A stretch of 64,000 nt of DNA from Lama glama (lineage: Eukaryota): NCBI GenBank assembly GCA_028534125.1, contig CM052818.1, forward strand, positions 37,202,001 through 37,266,000, given 5' to 3'. Numbering within the stretch: position 1 is the stretch's first letter; the number at the start of each line of letters is the position of its first letter. Position numbers and translations under genes: made by a program. The notes below the pieces were generated by a model. It did no database searches and was not told the DNA's origin. It was given only the letters and a program-made list of their open reading frames with translations. Positions 52,202-64,000 of the stretch are shown piece after piece.

Positions 52202-52698
52202 TAGGGTGACTGCATTAGTCATCTTGGGTGCAGAAACAAACTACCACAGATTGGGTGGCTTAAATAACAGAATTTTGTGTCTTACAACTCTGAAGGCTAG
52301 AAATCTGAGATCAGGGTGCCAGCACAGCCAGATTCTGATAAGGCTCTTTCCTTGGCTTGCAGACAGCCACCTTCTTGCTGTGTCTTCACTTGGCAGGGAA
52401 GGAGAGAGAGAGAGAAATTGAGAGAGACTGAGAGCACTCTGGTGTCTTCTTATAAGGACATTAATCCCATTATGAGGACCCCACCTTCATGACCTCCTCT
52501 AAACCTCATTATCTCCCAAAGCCCCCATCTCCAAATGCCATCCCATTGGAAGTTAGGCTTCAACATAAGGATTTTGAGGGGGCACGATTCAGTCCACTTC
52601 AGTGACGAACAGTCCCTGAGACCGAAAAGTTTCCTGGAACATGGACTCTGAGTGATAACACTGGGACAATCCTGGCAAACCAGAATGGTTGGTCACTT
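52202..52698 (+). mobile_element. MER81 (hAT-Blackjack MITE) split by MLT1A (52202-52210 plus 52602-52698)
   Basis: TIR tagggtgac ... ggtcactt; body tttcctggaacatggactctgagtgataacactgggacaatcctggcaaacc. Confidence 0.8.
52211..52601 (-). mobile_element. MLT1A-type MaLR solo LTR, full length
   Basis: tgcattagtc..accacagattgggtggcttaaataacagaa..cttggcttgcagacagccacc..cttataaggacattaatccc..ccaccttcatgacct..attcagtccac. Perfect TSD GTGAC at 52206-52210 and 52602-52606. Confidence 0.93.
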
Positions 52699-55274
52699 GC
52701 ATGGAAGGGAAATCACCTTTTTCCTGTTATTCAGGAAAAGACTCATGGAAGAAGTAGAATTTCAGTGGCTATTTAAAGGATAATAAAAAAGTAATTGAGA
52801 ATGGCATTGAACTGGGAAAAGGATAAGCAATGCAAGTTGCCAGGCAGATGACCAGGAGCATTAATTCCTTCAAATCTGTTAATGGGAAGCTGTTAGGACA
52901 TAAGCCCAGGGCAGTTTTGTGTGCTTTCCCCAAGGCCTTCCAGAGACAGTGACTAGATTGTTATACTCTGCTCCTCAAATATTCTGGAGGGCGGTGGAAT
53001 CTCTAACCTCGTAACTGGAGAACTGGTTTCACTGAAGTTGAAATAGTGAAATATGTTTTACTTACTCTTTCTCTGCTTTTTTTCCCCAGACCAGTCCTAT
53101 TTTTAAAAAGAATAATTAAGAAAATTTTTTTTGCAAAAGTGCAGTAAGAATCTACTGATAAGACAAAATATTATACAATTAGTTATCTGACTTCCTAAGA
53201 AATGCAGTATTTGCACAGGAGTAAGTAGTGTCCATTAAATCACTTATAAAGCCTCCAAGAGCCAGGGCCCCTGGAGTCGGCAGATTTAAGGTCCTCGATT
53301 TCTCATTTCTCTCTAGTTTATCTTCAGTGCATGTATGAAGCAGATCTTGAAGATGAACACTTCCCAAAAAGACGTAGAAATGCTGCATATTCCATGCAAA
53401 GGCATCTTGACAGGCACCATATGCAAAAGTGAAACTAGGGAATGTGTCCACATAGAGTGCATGCAGTTAAGTCACTGTTTCGGCAGCTGCCTTAGCCCTA
53501 CCTGACCTGTTCTTCTCCTTGATGCTTCCAGGATAGAATATTTCTTAATGTACAATCTTGTAGTAATCAGAGCAGTATGATTTATTTCCCCAAAGTGGAT
53601 TTTTAAAAGTTCAAACAAGTATATGAAAAGAGATGCTTTTCTTTTGTAAGTCACCATTTTTTTTTCTTGATGGCCAAGTGCAGACAAAGTTGTTATGGTG
53701 TTATAAAGGTCCTCTTTTTGTATCCTTGTTTTAACAAAGAATTATAGATTGTGAACTCCAGAAGGAACCTCACAAGTCCCTTGCATAACGCCTTTATTTT
53801 TATAGTAGGAAACTGGGGCTTTCTTCCACACTACATACCTGGTTGGTAATAAGGCCAGTATTAAGTGTTCACCTGGATCCTGTTCTAGGACCCTTCTCCT
53901 CTCACACACCCATCATCGTACTGATGGGCAACCTTCACATGTCCTTCATCTGTTCAGGGGAAGATGATCAGCTTAGTTGGTGAGGATCGAGAAGGCTTAT
54001 TCACTAAAAGTAGGAATGGAATTAACGGAGGGGCCTCTACCCCATGGCTGTAGGGGACGTAAGACCCAGAGGAGCAAGTGAAGGCAAAGGTGGAGTGGGG
54101 AGCCCATGGTCAGTAACTCAGTTCTCACAGGGTAGAGCTGAGGGACCAGAGCCAAAAACTGGAGGGACCAGGGAACAGTAATCAGATTAATAGATAATAT
54201 ACAAGGCAGAAATAACCTGGGAGATTGCTTGGCAAACCACCGCTGTCTGAAGCCAGCTTTTTTGTGTTGGCTGCTAGGCTTGTTTAAAGGGCCAGTCTGG
54301 CACAGACAAGACTAAAAGGAGAACATGCATGGGCACAGAAGGGAGTGTTGACTTTATACTGCTTCCAGAAAAAGAGGCAGTTTGAAGAAGTAGAAAGGGA
54401 ACACAAAAGCTTTGGAATTACACAGACCTGGGTGAAACCTCTGCTGACTTAGTTATGAGATGCATGGCTTGGAGGAGATAATTGTGCCTCTCTGAGCCTT
54501 CTCCTCTCTGTTGTAAACTGGGGTTTATGATACCCTCCTGGGTGGGTGTATGTAGTTGAAGAACCCAGCCCAGAGCCCAAGACGTCATGGGACTTCAGCT
54601 TAGCAAGTGAATTTTTTCTTCCTACATCTCTCCTCTTGCTTTATCACCTCACCATTCTTGCCCACTCTTGAACTTAACTTCTGTCTCTGACATGTACTAA
54701 AAGAAGAGGTGAATAAGGAAGCAGTTCTCATGTATTAAGGGAACTCCCTGTGGCCTTGAGTGAAGGAACCAGCAGTGGGTGAAAAAATGGCAAAGGCACA
54801 TGATTGCATTCACCTGTTAGCAGAGCCAGACCTGTGAGTGTGTGTGTGTATGTGTGTCATCTGTGTGTGTGACAACTGCCCTGTGTGGAGAGACAGCGTG
54901 ACCAGAGACTCAGCAGAGGACATGGGGTTTGTGACCAGACCAGCTTTCCTACACCCTCCCTCTTCCCTGCTAGAAAAGCCAACACAGAGTTTCAGGATCC
55001 CACTGATTTCTTCTAAAGCTCCGTCACTGCTACCCGGGGAGTTGCCAGAATTGCCGTTCTGTCTCAGGCGCAGTTCCTCTCTGTCACCTGAACTTCACAA
55101 ATTTCTCCATGACTTGTTCATCCTAATTCAGTCATTCAACCAGAATTATTGAACACCCGTTAAAAACCCAGTAATGTACAAGGCACTCACAGTAAGAAAT
55201 ATACACAAAACCAACACTGCTCTTGTGTTCAAAGAGGAGGAAAGTCAGGCATTTCATAATTCATATGGAAGCAG

Positions 55275-55732
55275 TGAGACTGATTTCCTGGCCTGTTGGA
55301 ACAAAATACCACAAACTGAATGGTGTAAGCAAGAACTGTATTTGTCCCGCAGTTCTGGGGCTACAAGTCTGAGTCTGGCGGGGCCACACGCCCTCTGATG
55401 GTGTGGGGGATGGGTGTGTTTACGGCCTCCCCCCTAGCTTCTGGTGGTTCCTGGCAATCTTTGGTGTCCTTTGTCTTCTGCTGCATCACCGCTATCTCTG
55501 CCTTCATCTTTGCGTGGAATTCTCCAGTGTGTGGCTCTGGGTCTGAATGTCCCCTTTTTGTAAGGATGTCTGTCATACTGGATCAGCAGCCCACGTTACT
55601 TCAGTATGACCTCATTTTAATTTAACTAAATATATCTTCAACAACCCTTTTTCCCAATAAGATCACATAGTGATGTACTGGGACTTAGGACTTCAACACA
55701 TGAATTTTGGGGGACATAATTCTACCCCTAAC
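55275..55732 (-). mobile_element. MLT1C-type MaLR solo LTR
   Basis: aacaaaataccacaaact..ctagcttctggtggttcctggcaatc..gcatcaccgctatctctgccttcatctt..cagtatgacctcattttaatt..taggacttcaacacatgaattttggggga..acccctaaca. Confidence 0.9.
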
Positions 55733-58700
55733 AGTACTTAATGAAAATCAAGGTAGGAGAAGTCCAAGGTTCTGTGGGAAATTTGTTTTCTCTCTACTTT
55801 CCTAAATCCTACATGTTTCATAGGGTCTTCCTCCTCCTCCCCAGCCTCCTTCTAGGCTCCTCCACTCCATGGCAACGTTACACTTCAGCTCACGAGCCTT
55901 CCTTGGGCCTGTGTCTTCTTTCCTCTACTAGATTCTAAATTCTGCAAAACCAGAGAATGTATCTTCTCTTTCCCTTTTGATTGCTTCAGCAGCAATTAAT
56001 CACCAAAGCCAGCGGCTTATTGGAAGTGGTGACTTGGTGACTTTCCAGCATGGAGCAGAGTGGTGCCAAACACCAGCCCTTCCTGCCCTCACTTCTGTCC
56101 TCTCGCTAGTCTGTATCCTGCAGTCCTGGGTTTCTCTTGATCGTAAAGCCAACAGGAAATATCTCAGGAAGCACAGCTCCTCCAGAACCTTGTCCTGCAG
56201 CAGGGGCTCTAAGCAGAGCGTTGGAAAGAGGCAACAGCAAATGTCTCAGCACCTGGACCACTCCCTGTGAAAAAGCCTGCCACACGGTAGCAACTAGCAA
56301 CATCCTTCATTAATGAAAAAAAAAAAGACAACCTCATCAGAGATCCTAATGATATCCTTAAAAATCTTAGGAGGTACATACAGAACTCATGCTTTTAGCA
56401 GGAATATCAGATCCAGGAATATATTCACAGAGCTGTTAGTGTTTTGACACATAATATAGAATGAAAAGAAAAAAAGAAGAACCCATATGCAGCTTCATTT
56501 GCTTCCATAAAAAATTCCAAGAAAAATATATGTGCTTAATCAATAATATTATGTATTGTATAGAATATTAAGCCTGATTACAAACTTATGCTTCTGTGAC
56601 CTTTCTGAATAAATGATTGGGTTTTGTGGACCTGAGGTTAGAGATCCCGGATGCTCCTAAGGCAGCAGAGCAGATGGTGCATTAATAATGGGGGTATTAG
56701 GAGGATCGGCTTCCCAATTCCAGTGTATTCATTAATACACTTTAGACAGTTTAATTGCTTCCTGAAACACTAATTGAAAGAGGTTCATTTGCAAACGCCT
56801 AGGTTCTAATAATATAAATCTGGCACAGTGCCACAAAAGCCCCTTAAATACCATTATAAGATGAATCGTGGTATTTAAATAAAGGCAGCTACCTTTTTAA
56901 AAATAAAATTGGTACAGTGAAATATAATGTATAAATTTTTTTTTCGGAGTAGGGAAAGAAAGCAGTAGGTGCTGAATCCTTCCAATACTGAGGTTTATGA
57001 AATACTCACGAACATCATGCTGTTGAGCCTTGGGATCATGAACATCTGGTATACTCTGTGACTCCGGCAGCACAAAGTGGAATGCTCTGGTTTACATAGA
57101 CTCCCTTCCTAGAGGGATAACTATGGGGTGCGTTATTTCAGGAGAAGATGTGACTAAATGTTGTTACACCTTTGAAGGAAGGATTTTTCCCTTTAGAATC
57201 ATTCTGCCTACTGACCTTCCCTAAATTGTATTTCATGCCTTTATAGGCATATTGATTCCACACACGCTTCCCCAGTATTTACCAACCAAAACTCCGAGCA
57301 GTTAGGCTAAGCATACATAAGGAGTTTGCTTCTGTGTGTAAAAAAAAAATTACAGATTGATGAGCACCTAGGTTTCAGTAATTCTCCATTTCTCTTCGTG
57401 TAGCACCTTTCTCCCAACGGTCGTGGTTGTTGGGTGTGTTGCTTACAGGCTGGTGACGCTGTAGGTAAGCCGTGAACTTGTTAGGTAACAGTGATCAGGA
57501 GTCCCAAATCTTCCACCAGTGAGTAGGACCTTTGGTAGTTTCCTTTGTTTTTTTTTTAATGCGAAGCAGGAGCAAGATGCTTTACATAAATTGTCATTGA
57601 ATTAACTTCCAAGAACTGAGTTCAGTTTGGTGTCCAGGATGGTTTTGGGAATGGCTGTATCTACTTAAAGGAGAGACAAGTGAGACCCAGGTGCAAATGG
57701 AAGGCATGGTTTGCTAGCCAGTGGGCCAGGGAGTTAGGAGTGTGCCTGCTACTTTTTGAGCAGGCACATGGCATTAACTATGAGGGAGAAGGGCCTCCTG
57801 GAGCCTTTGTGATAAGGCAGAGAAGCTATTTTGTGTTAGGAGCTACTGGGATTTTCAGTGGGGAGGGGAATAGTTTCCCTCGAGAAAATAAGCAACTTGT
57901 TGCTTTCAAATTATTTCTCAGTCCTGTTGATTGCTGCCCAGGTATGAATCTTTGCTCAAATTTCTCCTTTGAGTCCTACCTGTGTTAAAGACCAGCTGGC
58001 TTCTGATAAATCTCTGTATTAACTGTACACAATTCCTGCAACACACATCAATCATGTGCTTTTAATGTCAGTTATGATTTAAAAGTTACTTTCTTCAGTT
58101 TAGGGAAAAATTAAAATTTTCATTTAAATATTTTAAATTTAAAAATGAAATTATCTTACCTCTCCCTTATCTCTTGACCCACCCCCACCTTGGCCCTTTT
58201 ACCCTTGAAGACAGAGATTCTGACTTTAACCAGATGTTGTACATAGTACCTTTCACAAAATATGTTACCACAAAATAATTTATTTTAGCCTCCCTTTATC
58301 ACATCGTCTGTTTTCTTGCTCATCTTTCTTTCTCTCGCTTTTACCCCAAGGCATGATCACAAGTAGACACTCAATAAATTTTAGTTGAATTGAATTGAAT
58401 TGAAATGGAGATAACATATTCTTTAGAATGAATTGAAAGAAAATCAGTTATACTTCAGCTCAGACAGGAGGTGTACAAAGTCAGGGTGTCCCTATGTTTC
58501 CCCATTTAGTTGCTGAGCGTGTGGAACTGTTTGTTTGACATCCTGCAAAGGAACAAACTTTGAGAGAGATGTTTTAGTCCCACAAAACATAATTACTTCT
58601 CATGGAATCATTCTTAGGGCCAGAAGGAAAATAGGACCCTGCTGGTCCACTAAAGCCAACATGCTTTTTAATGTGTCTGAACATCTTCACTTCACCTGTA

Positions 58701-58799
58701 CTTTTTGAAGCCTCTACATGGCCCCTCACACTGTATTTCACTGCAACCCACAGACCTCAGGCAAGCTCAGAAAGAAGGCATGTCTTCAAATGAATCACC

Positions 58800-59350
58800 T
58801 CCCCTCCTTTCTTCACTCTGCATCCCAATGAGCTCAGAAAACTCCAACTCACTCTCAGCTCCTCTCCTCTCTCATCTCATTGGCCACTGATTTTTGTCTG
58901 TCTTGTCTCCTCAGCTTCTAACTGGCTTTCCTGCCTTCTGTCTCATCCTCCTCTAATCCATCCTTGACGGTTTCCCACGTGAAGTTTCTAAACTTGAAGT
59001 CTGGCCGCATCACTCTCCTGCTTAAAATCTACAGGGTAAGGTTCAAATGCCTTACAAAGGTGTTCTTCCTCCGCAGCTGCCCAGATCTTTCTCAGTAGCA
59101 GGGTTCTGGACCCCACTCCAGGTAGAAGTCTTCTCTCCTCTCTGCCTCCATAGAGCCTTTCGAGTTTCCCTGCTGTAACATGATACACAGCCTGTATAAT
59201 CACTTGTTTATTTCTCCATCTCTCTGACAGTTGTCCTTTGGAGGGAGAGCCTCTGTTTTGTTTTCCTTAAGAAATGTTTCTATTCTTAATCATTTGCTAA
59301 AAGATGGGCATGTAGTGAGTGCTCCATAAATGACTATTGAATGTCATTGA
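58800..59350 (+). mobile_element. L2 3' region
   Basis: ttctaactggctttcctgcc..ctctaatccatcc..catcactctcctgcttaaaat..gtagtgagtgctccataaatgactattgaatg. Confidence 0.75.
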
Positions 59351-61606
59351 ATATAACAGGAAGGTGAACAGTAGATTTAATTTTTTGTAGGATAAGGAAC
59401 TTAAGCAGAATAAGAACCATATAGTGTCAGATTTAGAGGAGTCAGAGGAATGTCAGATTACAAGGTATTATGCTGAATATGTGAGTGCTGCATACAGTAA
59501 TATTTCTGCTGTAGAAACCAGACTATTGATACCTACGATCTGTATGATTTTCAATGACTCAGACCTTCATAGCTCCTCTGTGTAGAGTATCTAGCTATTA
59601 CAGGGGAAAATGTTTATCTATATGTATATATACTTCTATTTCTGCATGTATGTACATGGATATACATCTCTCTGTTTCCAAAGACTGAGGATACATTTTG
59701 AAAGTATAAACAGTGACACACTTTAATGAATATAAAATGTTACCCAGTTAGGTTACTTGATATCTAATGTACTTTTTCAACTAGCTAAAATCCCATCAGA
59801 TCAGAGTTGAAAGTCTCAAATTACCTTCCTCTGTAATATAACACAGTCCCATACATAATGTATTGTTTGCTAATGAGAGGTTCAGCTGACACTGTTTTAG
59901 ATTAGGACCCTGAGAGAAGAGGGTTTGGAGAACCAGATCCTGGACTTTAAGGGGAGCAATATCATTAACTGATGTTAAGTTCAGGGGAAGGAAAGAGAAG
60001 GGGAAAGGTGAATAAGGGAGATTTTTGAGCCATGTTCTGCCTACAGGCATGTTGGTTTTGTTTGATTTTGAGAAAATATCTATTGTGAGATTGTTTCTCA
60101 TGACTGGTAATTAGTGAAAGCAGATTGAAGTGAAGAGGAAGCATTTAAGCAAGGAGCAGGGTAGGATAAGGGTGAGGGTGCTTTAAAGTTAGGTACTTTA
60201 GGGTATGGAAGTCCTGGACTCCCTTGCAGACATAAACTTATCACCTCTAAAGCGTTAACATGCTGCTTCTCAATATTTAATTACCTGCCAATCTTAACCA
60301 CTCTTCGTATTTCTCTCTCTCTCTGCTCACTGTTGTAAACACCACACAGTCATAGAGTTGCTGTTGCACATAGAGCATTTAAGGATTGTCATTAATGTTT
60401 GGATCAAATGAAGTAAGGTATTGGGTTGAATCAGGATTCAAAAGTTTATATCCATCAAAAAGGAATCAGAGAATAAGATGTCTGGTATTGATAATAATTC
60501 TTAAAACATCCTAATGTTTCAAGTTAACATTTCAAGTTAATTGCCTTAGAATTATATTCATTGAATACAGGCATGAGTAGTTAGTGTTAATCATAAGGAA
60601 ACTATTAACCACATCCATTCGTTCTCACACAAAAACCAGTCTGCCCCGCACCTCTAGCCCTGCCTCTCATACACATACACACACAGGGTGCAGACCACTG
60701 AAAGCTACAGCAAATAATTTCATCTCAACTTGTTTGCATTTTCCTCTGTACAAGTCTTGAAGAACTAGTCTTATAAATCTAAGACCACAATTGAGAGTGA
60801 AAGGAGGTATGTTTCAACTAAAACCAGGTTAGTTTTAAGGACTTAGACTGTGTGTGCCAAGTAGGTGCATCTTTCATACTCATTAAAGCAAGTTCAAGTA
60901 GATTTCTGCCAGGGAACACTTCTCATGCATTGTCTCTACTTGAATACAGTGAAATCTCTCTTTTAAATAATCCAACATTTCACACTGAGCACTTAAGCTG
61001 GTTTCAAGTAGGGGACATTTGTCCTGTTTAGTCTGCCTGAAATGTCTCAAACCCTTCCTATTTGGGGGGTGTTTCACTTTTGTGAATCTTGATGGAAGGC
61101 CTGATGCTGGTATCTAAAGGAAGCCAGAGACTCCATTTCCCCTCCCCTCTGACGAAAAAGTGCAATCTGAACTGCTAGGCTTTGCCAGTTGACTGCTCCT
61201 GCCCCAGAGACACAGCGATGCAAAAACTATTTAGAATTCATCTTCATGGTGGTGGCAGCCCATGTCAGCAAGGGAAGTGTCAGTCCATGGGGTCCTAACC
61301 ATACTTTTCCTGTGGTTTCATTTTGGCCCTGATTTCTGCTCTCTCTCCCCTTTAAATTTAGCTAAGAAATTTTTTTAAAGATTATTTAAAAAACGATCTC
61401 ATAACCATATAACTTAGGTCAATTTTTCCACAGGTGTACTTTTTATTCCTTTACATAATATGTGTATAATATATTCTTAATATTTAATATGGTTTTAAAT
61501 AAATGCATTTTCATCACATTCTACTTGGTGGAATTACTGTATTTATGCATTGTCTGTACTTGAATGTAATCTGAAATTTTACACTGTCTCTTTTCCCTTC
61601 TCGCAG

Positions 61607-61656
61607 CTAAAGCCTGAAATCTGTGAGCGTTTACTAGAGTTAAACTTTATAAAAGA
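61607..61656 (+). other. Candidate 50-nt internal exon
   Basis: Acceptor ctgtctcttttcccttctcgcag and donor AGA|GTAAGT. Only frame 0 is open (LKPEICERLLELNFIK..). Host gene not recognised. Confidence 0.4.
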
Positions 61657-63219
61657 GTAAGTTTTTGTTCCGTTTTGTATTTTGGTCTACTGAATTATCA
61701 CTTGACATCACTGTCTAATCTGGGTTATGTTTAAAAGTCAAAGTCATTAAATATTTTAAGCTTCCTTTGAGGTTTATCTTTTCTTATTAGGGCTGGGGCA
61801 TGGAGAAAAGGTATATCTGAAAGAAATTGGTAATGAAGGTGCCAAATCTCATGTGTAGGAAGGGTCAAGTTCCTGTGCAAGGCAGGAAAATTCTAGCTTC
61901 TATAAAGATGAACTAAAGAGAACTTGATTCCAAGTCTAGGAGTTTCAAGGAGATTTAGAGGTCAACGTTTTCCTTCCTTCTACCTGAATGTGTAGATAGT
62001 CTTAAAAAAAAAAAAGCCCAAGAAAATGTGAAGCTGGAGGAGGGGCCTGATAATAACTTACAGGTCTTGACAGTGGTGTCACAGATAAATCTGCAAAGCC
62101 AAATTACTTCTAAAATTTGTTCAGTTGTAATGGAAATCCTGCCTTCTCTTTTGGTGATCTGTCTTAATACTAACAGGAAAAAAAAAAAGTTCAGAACTAG
62201 GCTGATTAAAATCAATCAGGGTATAAGAAAATGCTACTCCAGATTTGCCTACTGGGGCATTGTCTTAGATGACAAGTCAGGCCAGGCCTGCAAAATGGTT
62301 CAGCTGTGAGGCAGGCTGCCCACCCAGCAGCGTGGACAGAGATGGTTCAAGGGACATGTGTTTGTTGTGCGTCTGCTCTGTGAAGACATTTAAGAGAGTT
62401 CTTTCTTCTCTTCCCTTCCTTTTTCCCCTCCCTCCCGCCCTCCCTTCCTTTCTTGCTTCCCATTGGGATTTGGCTATATCTCATCCATTTTTTGATTGTA
62501 AAATAGTCCTGAAGAGAATTTGGATGACAATGGGACCAATCTGGCTTCAAGTAATTGATGTGACAGCTTTAGACAGACATCGATTAATAATTCTGTCCTA
62601 GTCACTAAGTGTCCTCACCAAGCCAGTTTCCATTTTATTATCGTGTAAATATGTAATCTGCATAAAATTAAAGCTGTTGTGTGCTTGAAACATTGTCTGT
62701 TCAAGAGAGGCTTATTCTAAAGAACAGACGTGGCTGAAACTACTCTTTTTTTTTAAATTTTTAAATTCAATACTAATTTTTCCTGTCTCCTCTTCAAAGC
62801 TGTATTCCCTTGTCATTACTCCTTCTGAACTACACGATTCTCCATCTTAGGCATCTCTTTATGGAACTGGAAATGATTTTGAGTGTGAACATTCCGTGTT
62901 CATGTCACCACCTCTGCTGAAAACTGAACTGTTAAATTATGAATCCGTGGTCTCGTTTCACACCGCACTAGCCCAGGCTAACGCACTCCCGTAAGAAATG
63001 TCAGTTTTCATCTAAACGCACTCAACAGTAAATGTCTTCTCCCTGGAGCCTGCCCTTTTTGTTGAAAAGAGACCCGGAAATTTCAGAGTTCACATGTTGC
63101 ACTTTGGGATCACACAGCTGGTTTCAAAATTAGAGCATTTGGAATAATTAATAGGTGACTGGAGGCATTCTTCTGTTCAGTATGGTCCAAAATGTTCCTG
63201 ACAACTAGAATGTTAGAAT

Positions 63220-63440
63220 TTTTCCCTAAGATTCCTAGATGTCAGTGTGTTTGGAAGAGAGCCTAAATTAATGAGATTTCAGGGAGGGTTAACACAGAGT
63301 GTTTCATATAGACTCATACATCTAAGCTCATGACAAGTCTGCTCTAATATATTGTGAAGATGAGATGGGTTAAAACATACGAAGTATCTGCAGTTGTATC
63401 TCAGACATAGCAAGTGCTTAATAAAATTGTCTATTATTGT
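63220..63440 (+). mobile_element. MIR-like SINE fragment
   Basis: attgtgaagatgagatggg..cagacatagcaagtgcttaataaa..tattattgttatt (MIR 3' end). Confidence 0.6.
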
Positions 63441-64000
63441 TATTCCTTCTCTTCGTTCAGTGACTCATCTTGCTTTATGGTATTCAGAAACGGATACTGT
63501 TAAAATTTACCTTATGGTCAAACTGGAAAACGTAATTTCATGAAATGGGTGGTTGTAGGGCTAGGGAAGAGGGTTGCTTTTATATTTGCCAGTATCCTGA
63601 AGAAACAAATTACCTTACAAATTTCTGAAAGTTGTCTCTTAAGCCTTTCATTCATGCATATTGATTTTTGGAGGATGAACATAGCTCCAGGCTTGAAAAG
63701 AACCCAGAGAGAACCTTATGAGGAAACACAAGTCCAGGCCTGCAAAACAGTTCATGCTCCATTCAGAAGTGTCCAAGAATTACCTGTGGGCAAACCTTCC
63801 TCCAGCTAGTTTAGACTCTCCCAGTGACTTCACTGTCTTGCAGATGCAAAAGGACAGTAGGTCTGCATAGAGTGATTTTCAGCAAGGAAATAAAATGCTG
63901 AAAATACAGGAAGAGACTGTGGGACAAGGACAGATAAGAAGCACCCTCCTTGGTCCAGGAATCTTCTTTCACAGCCCCAGTCTCGGCCCTCCTATTTCTG

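Noticed and set aside
53090..53143. Strong pyrimidine tract with a downstream GTAAG donor
   Set aside because: Low-complexity A/T content, probably inside a decayed DNA-transposon fragment.
62323..62345. REST/RE1-like motif ccagcagcgtggacagaga
   Set aside because: Several mismatches, including in the core CAGCACC, so not distinguishable from chance.
1..64000. CRISPR arrays, operons, tRNA/rRNA/snRNA/miRNA genes, or intact ERV internal genes
   Set aside because: The sequence is eukaryotic and repeat-rich. I saw no spaced direct-repeat array, recognisable RNA gene or gag/pol/env ORF by eye. An Infernal/Rfam scan would be needed to exclude small RNAs.

Overview
Mammalian (eutherian) genomic DNA that is intronic or intergenic and dominated by old interspersed repeats: L2, MIR, L3/CR1, L1M, MaLR/ERVL LTRs and hAT MITEs. 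Two younger-looking L1 3' ends (47636-47815, 49790-50560) resemble camelid L1 tails as I recall them, and I saw no Alu, Bov-tA/A2, PRE1, SINEC or B1 SINEs, so a camelid origin is plausible but only inferred. The only recognisable protein-derived sequence is a disabled processed pseudogene of nuclear dUTPase (DUT) at ~2792-3445. It sits at the centre of a four-layer nest: L2 > MLT1B > MLT2 > DUT retrocopy. I found no intact protein-coding gene, RNA gene or CRISPR array, and the ORFs in the track look like chance ORFs. Signals worth follow-up are a CpG-enriched candidate first exon at ~33.9-34.2 kb with an ATG and a GTAAGT donor, several other isolated exon-like segments, a diverged ~125-bp direct duplication (7793/9891), an internally deleted mini-MLT2, and TAAT-rich enhancer-like blocks. 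I cannot support a new biological system from this sequence. Repeat family names come from recalled consensus motifs, boundaries are approximate, and all need RepeatMasker/Dfam confirmation.
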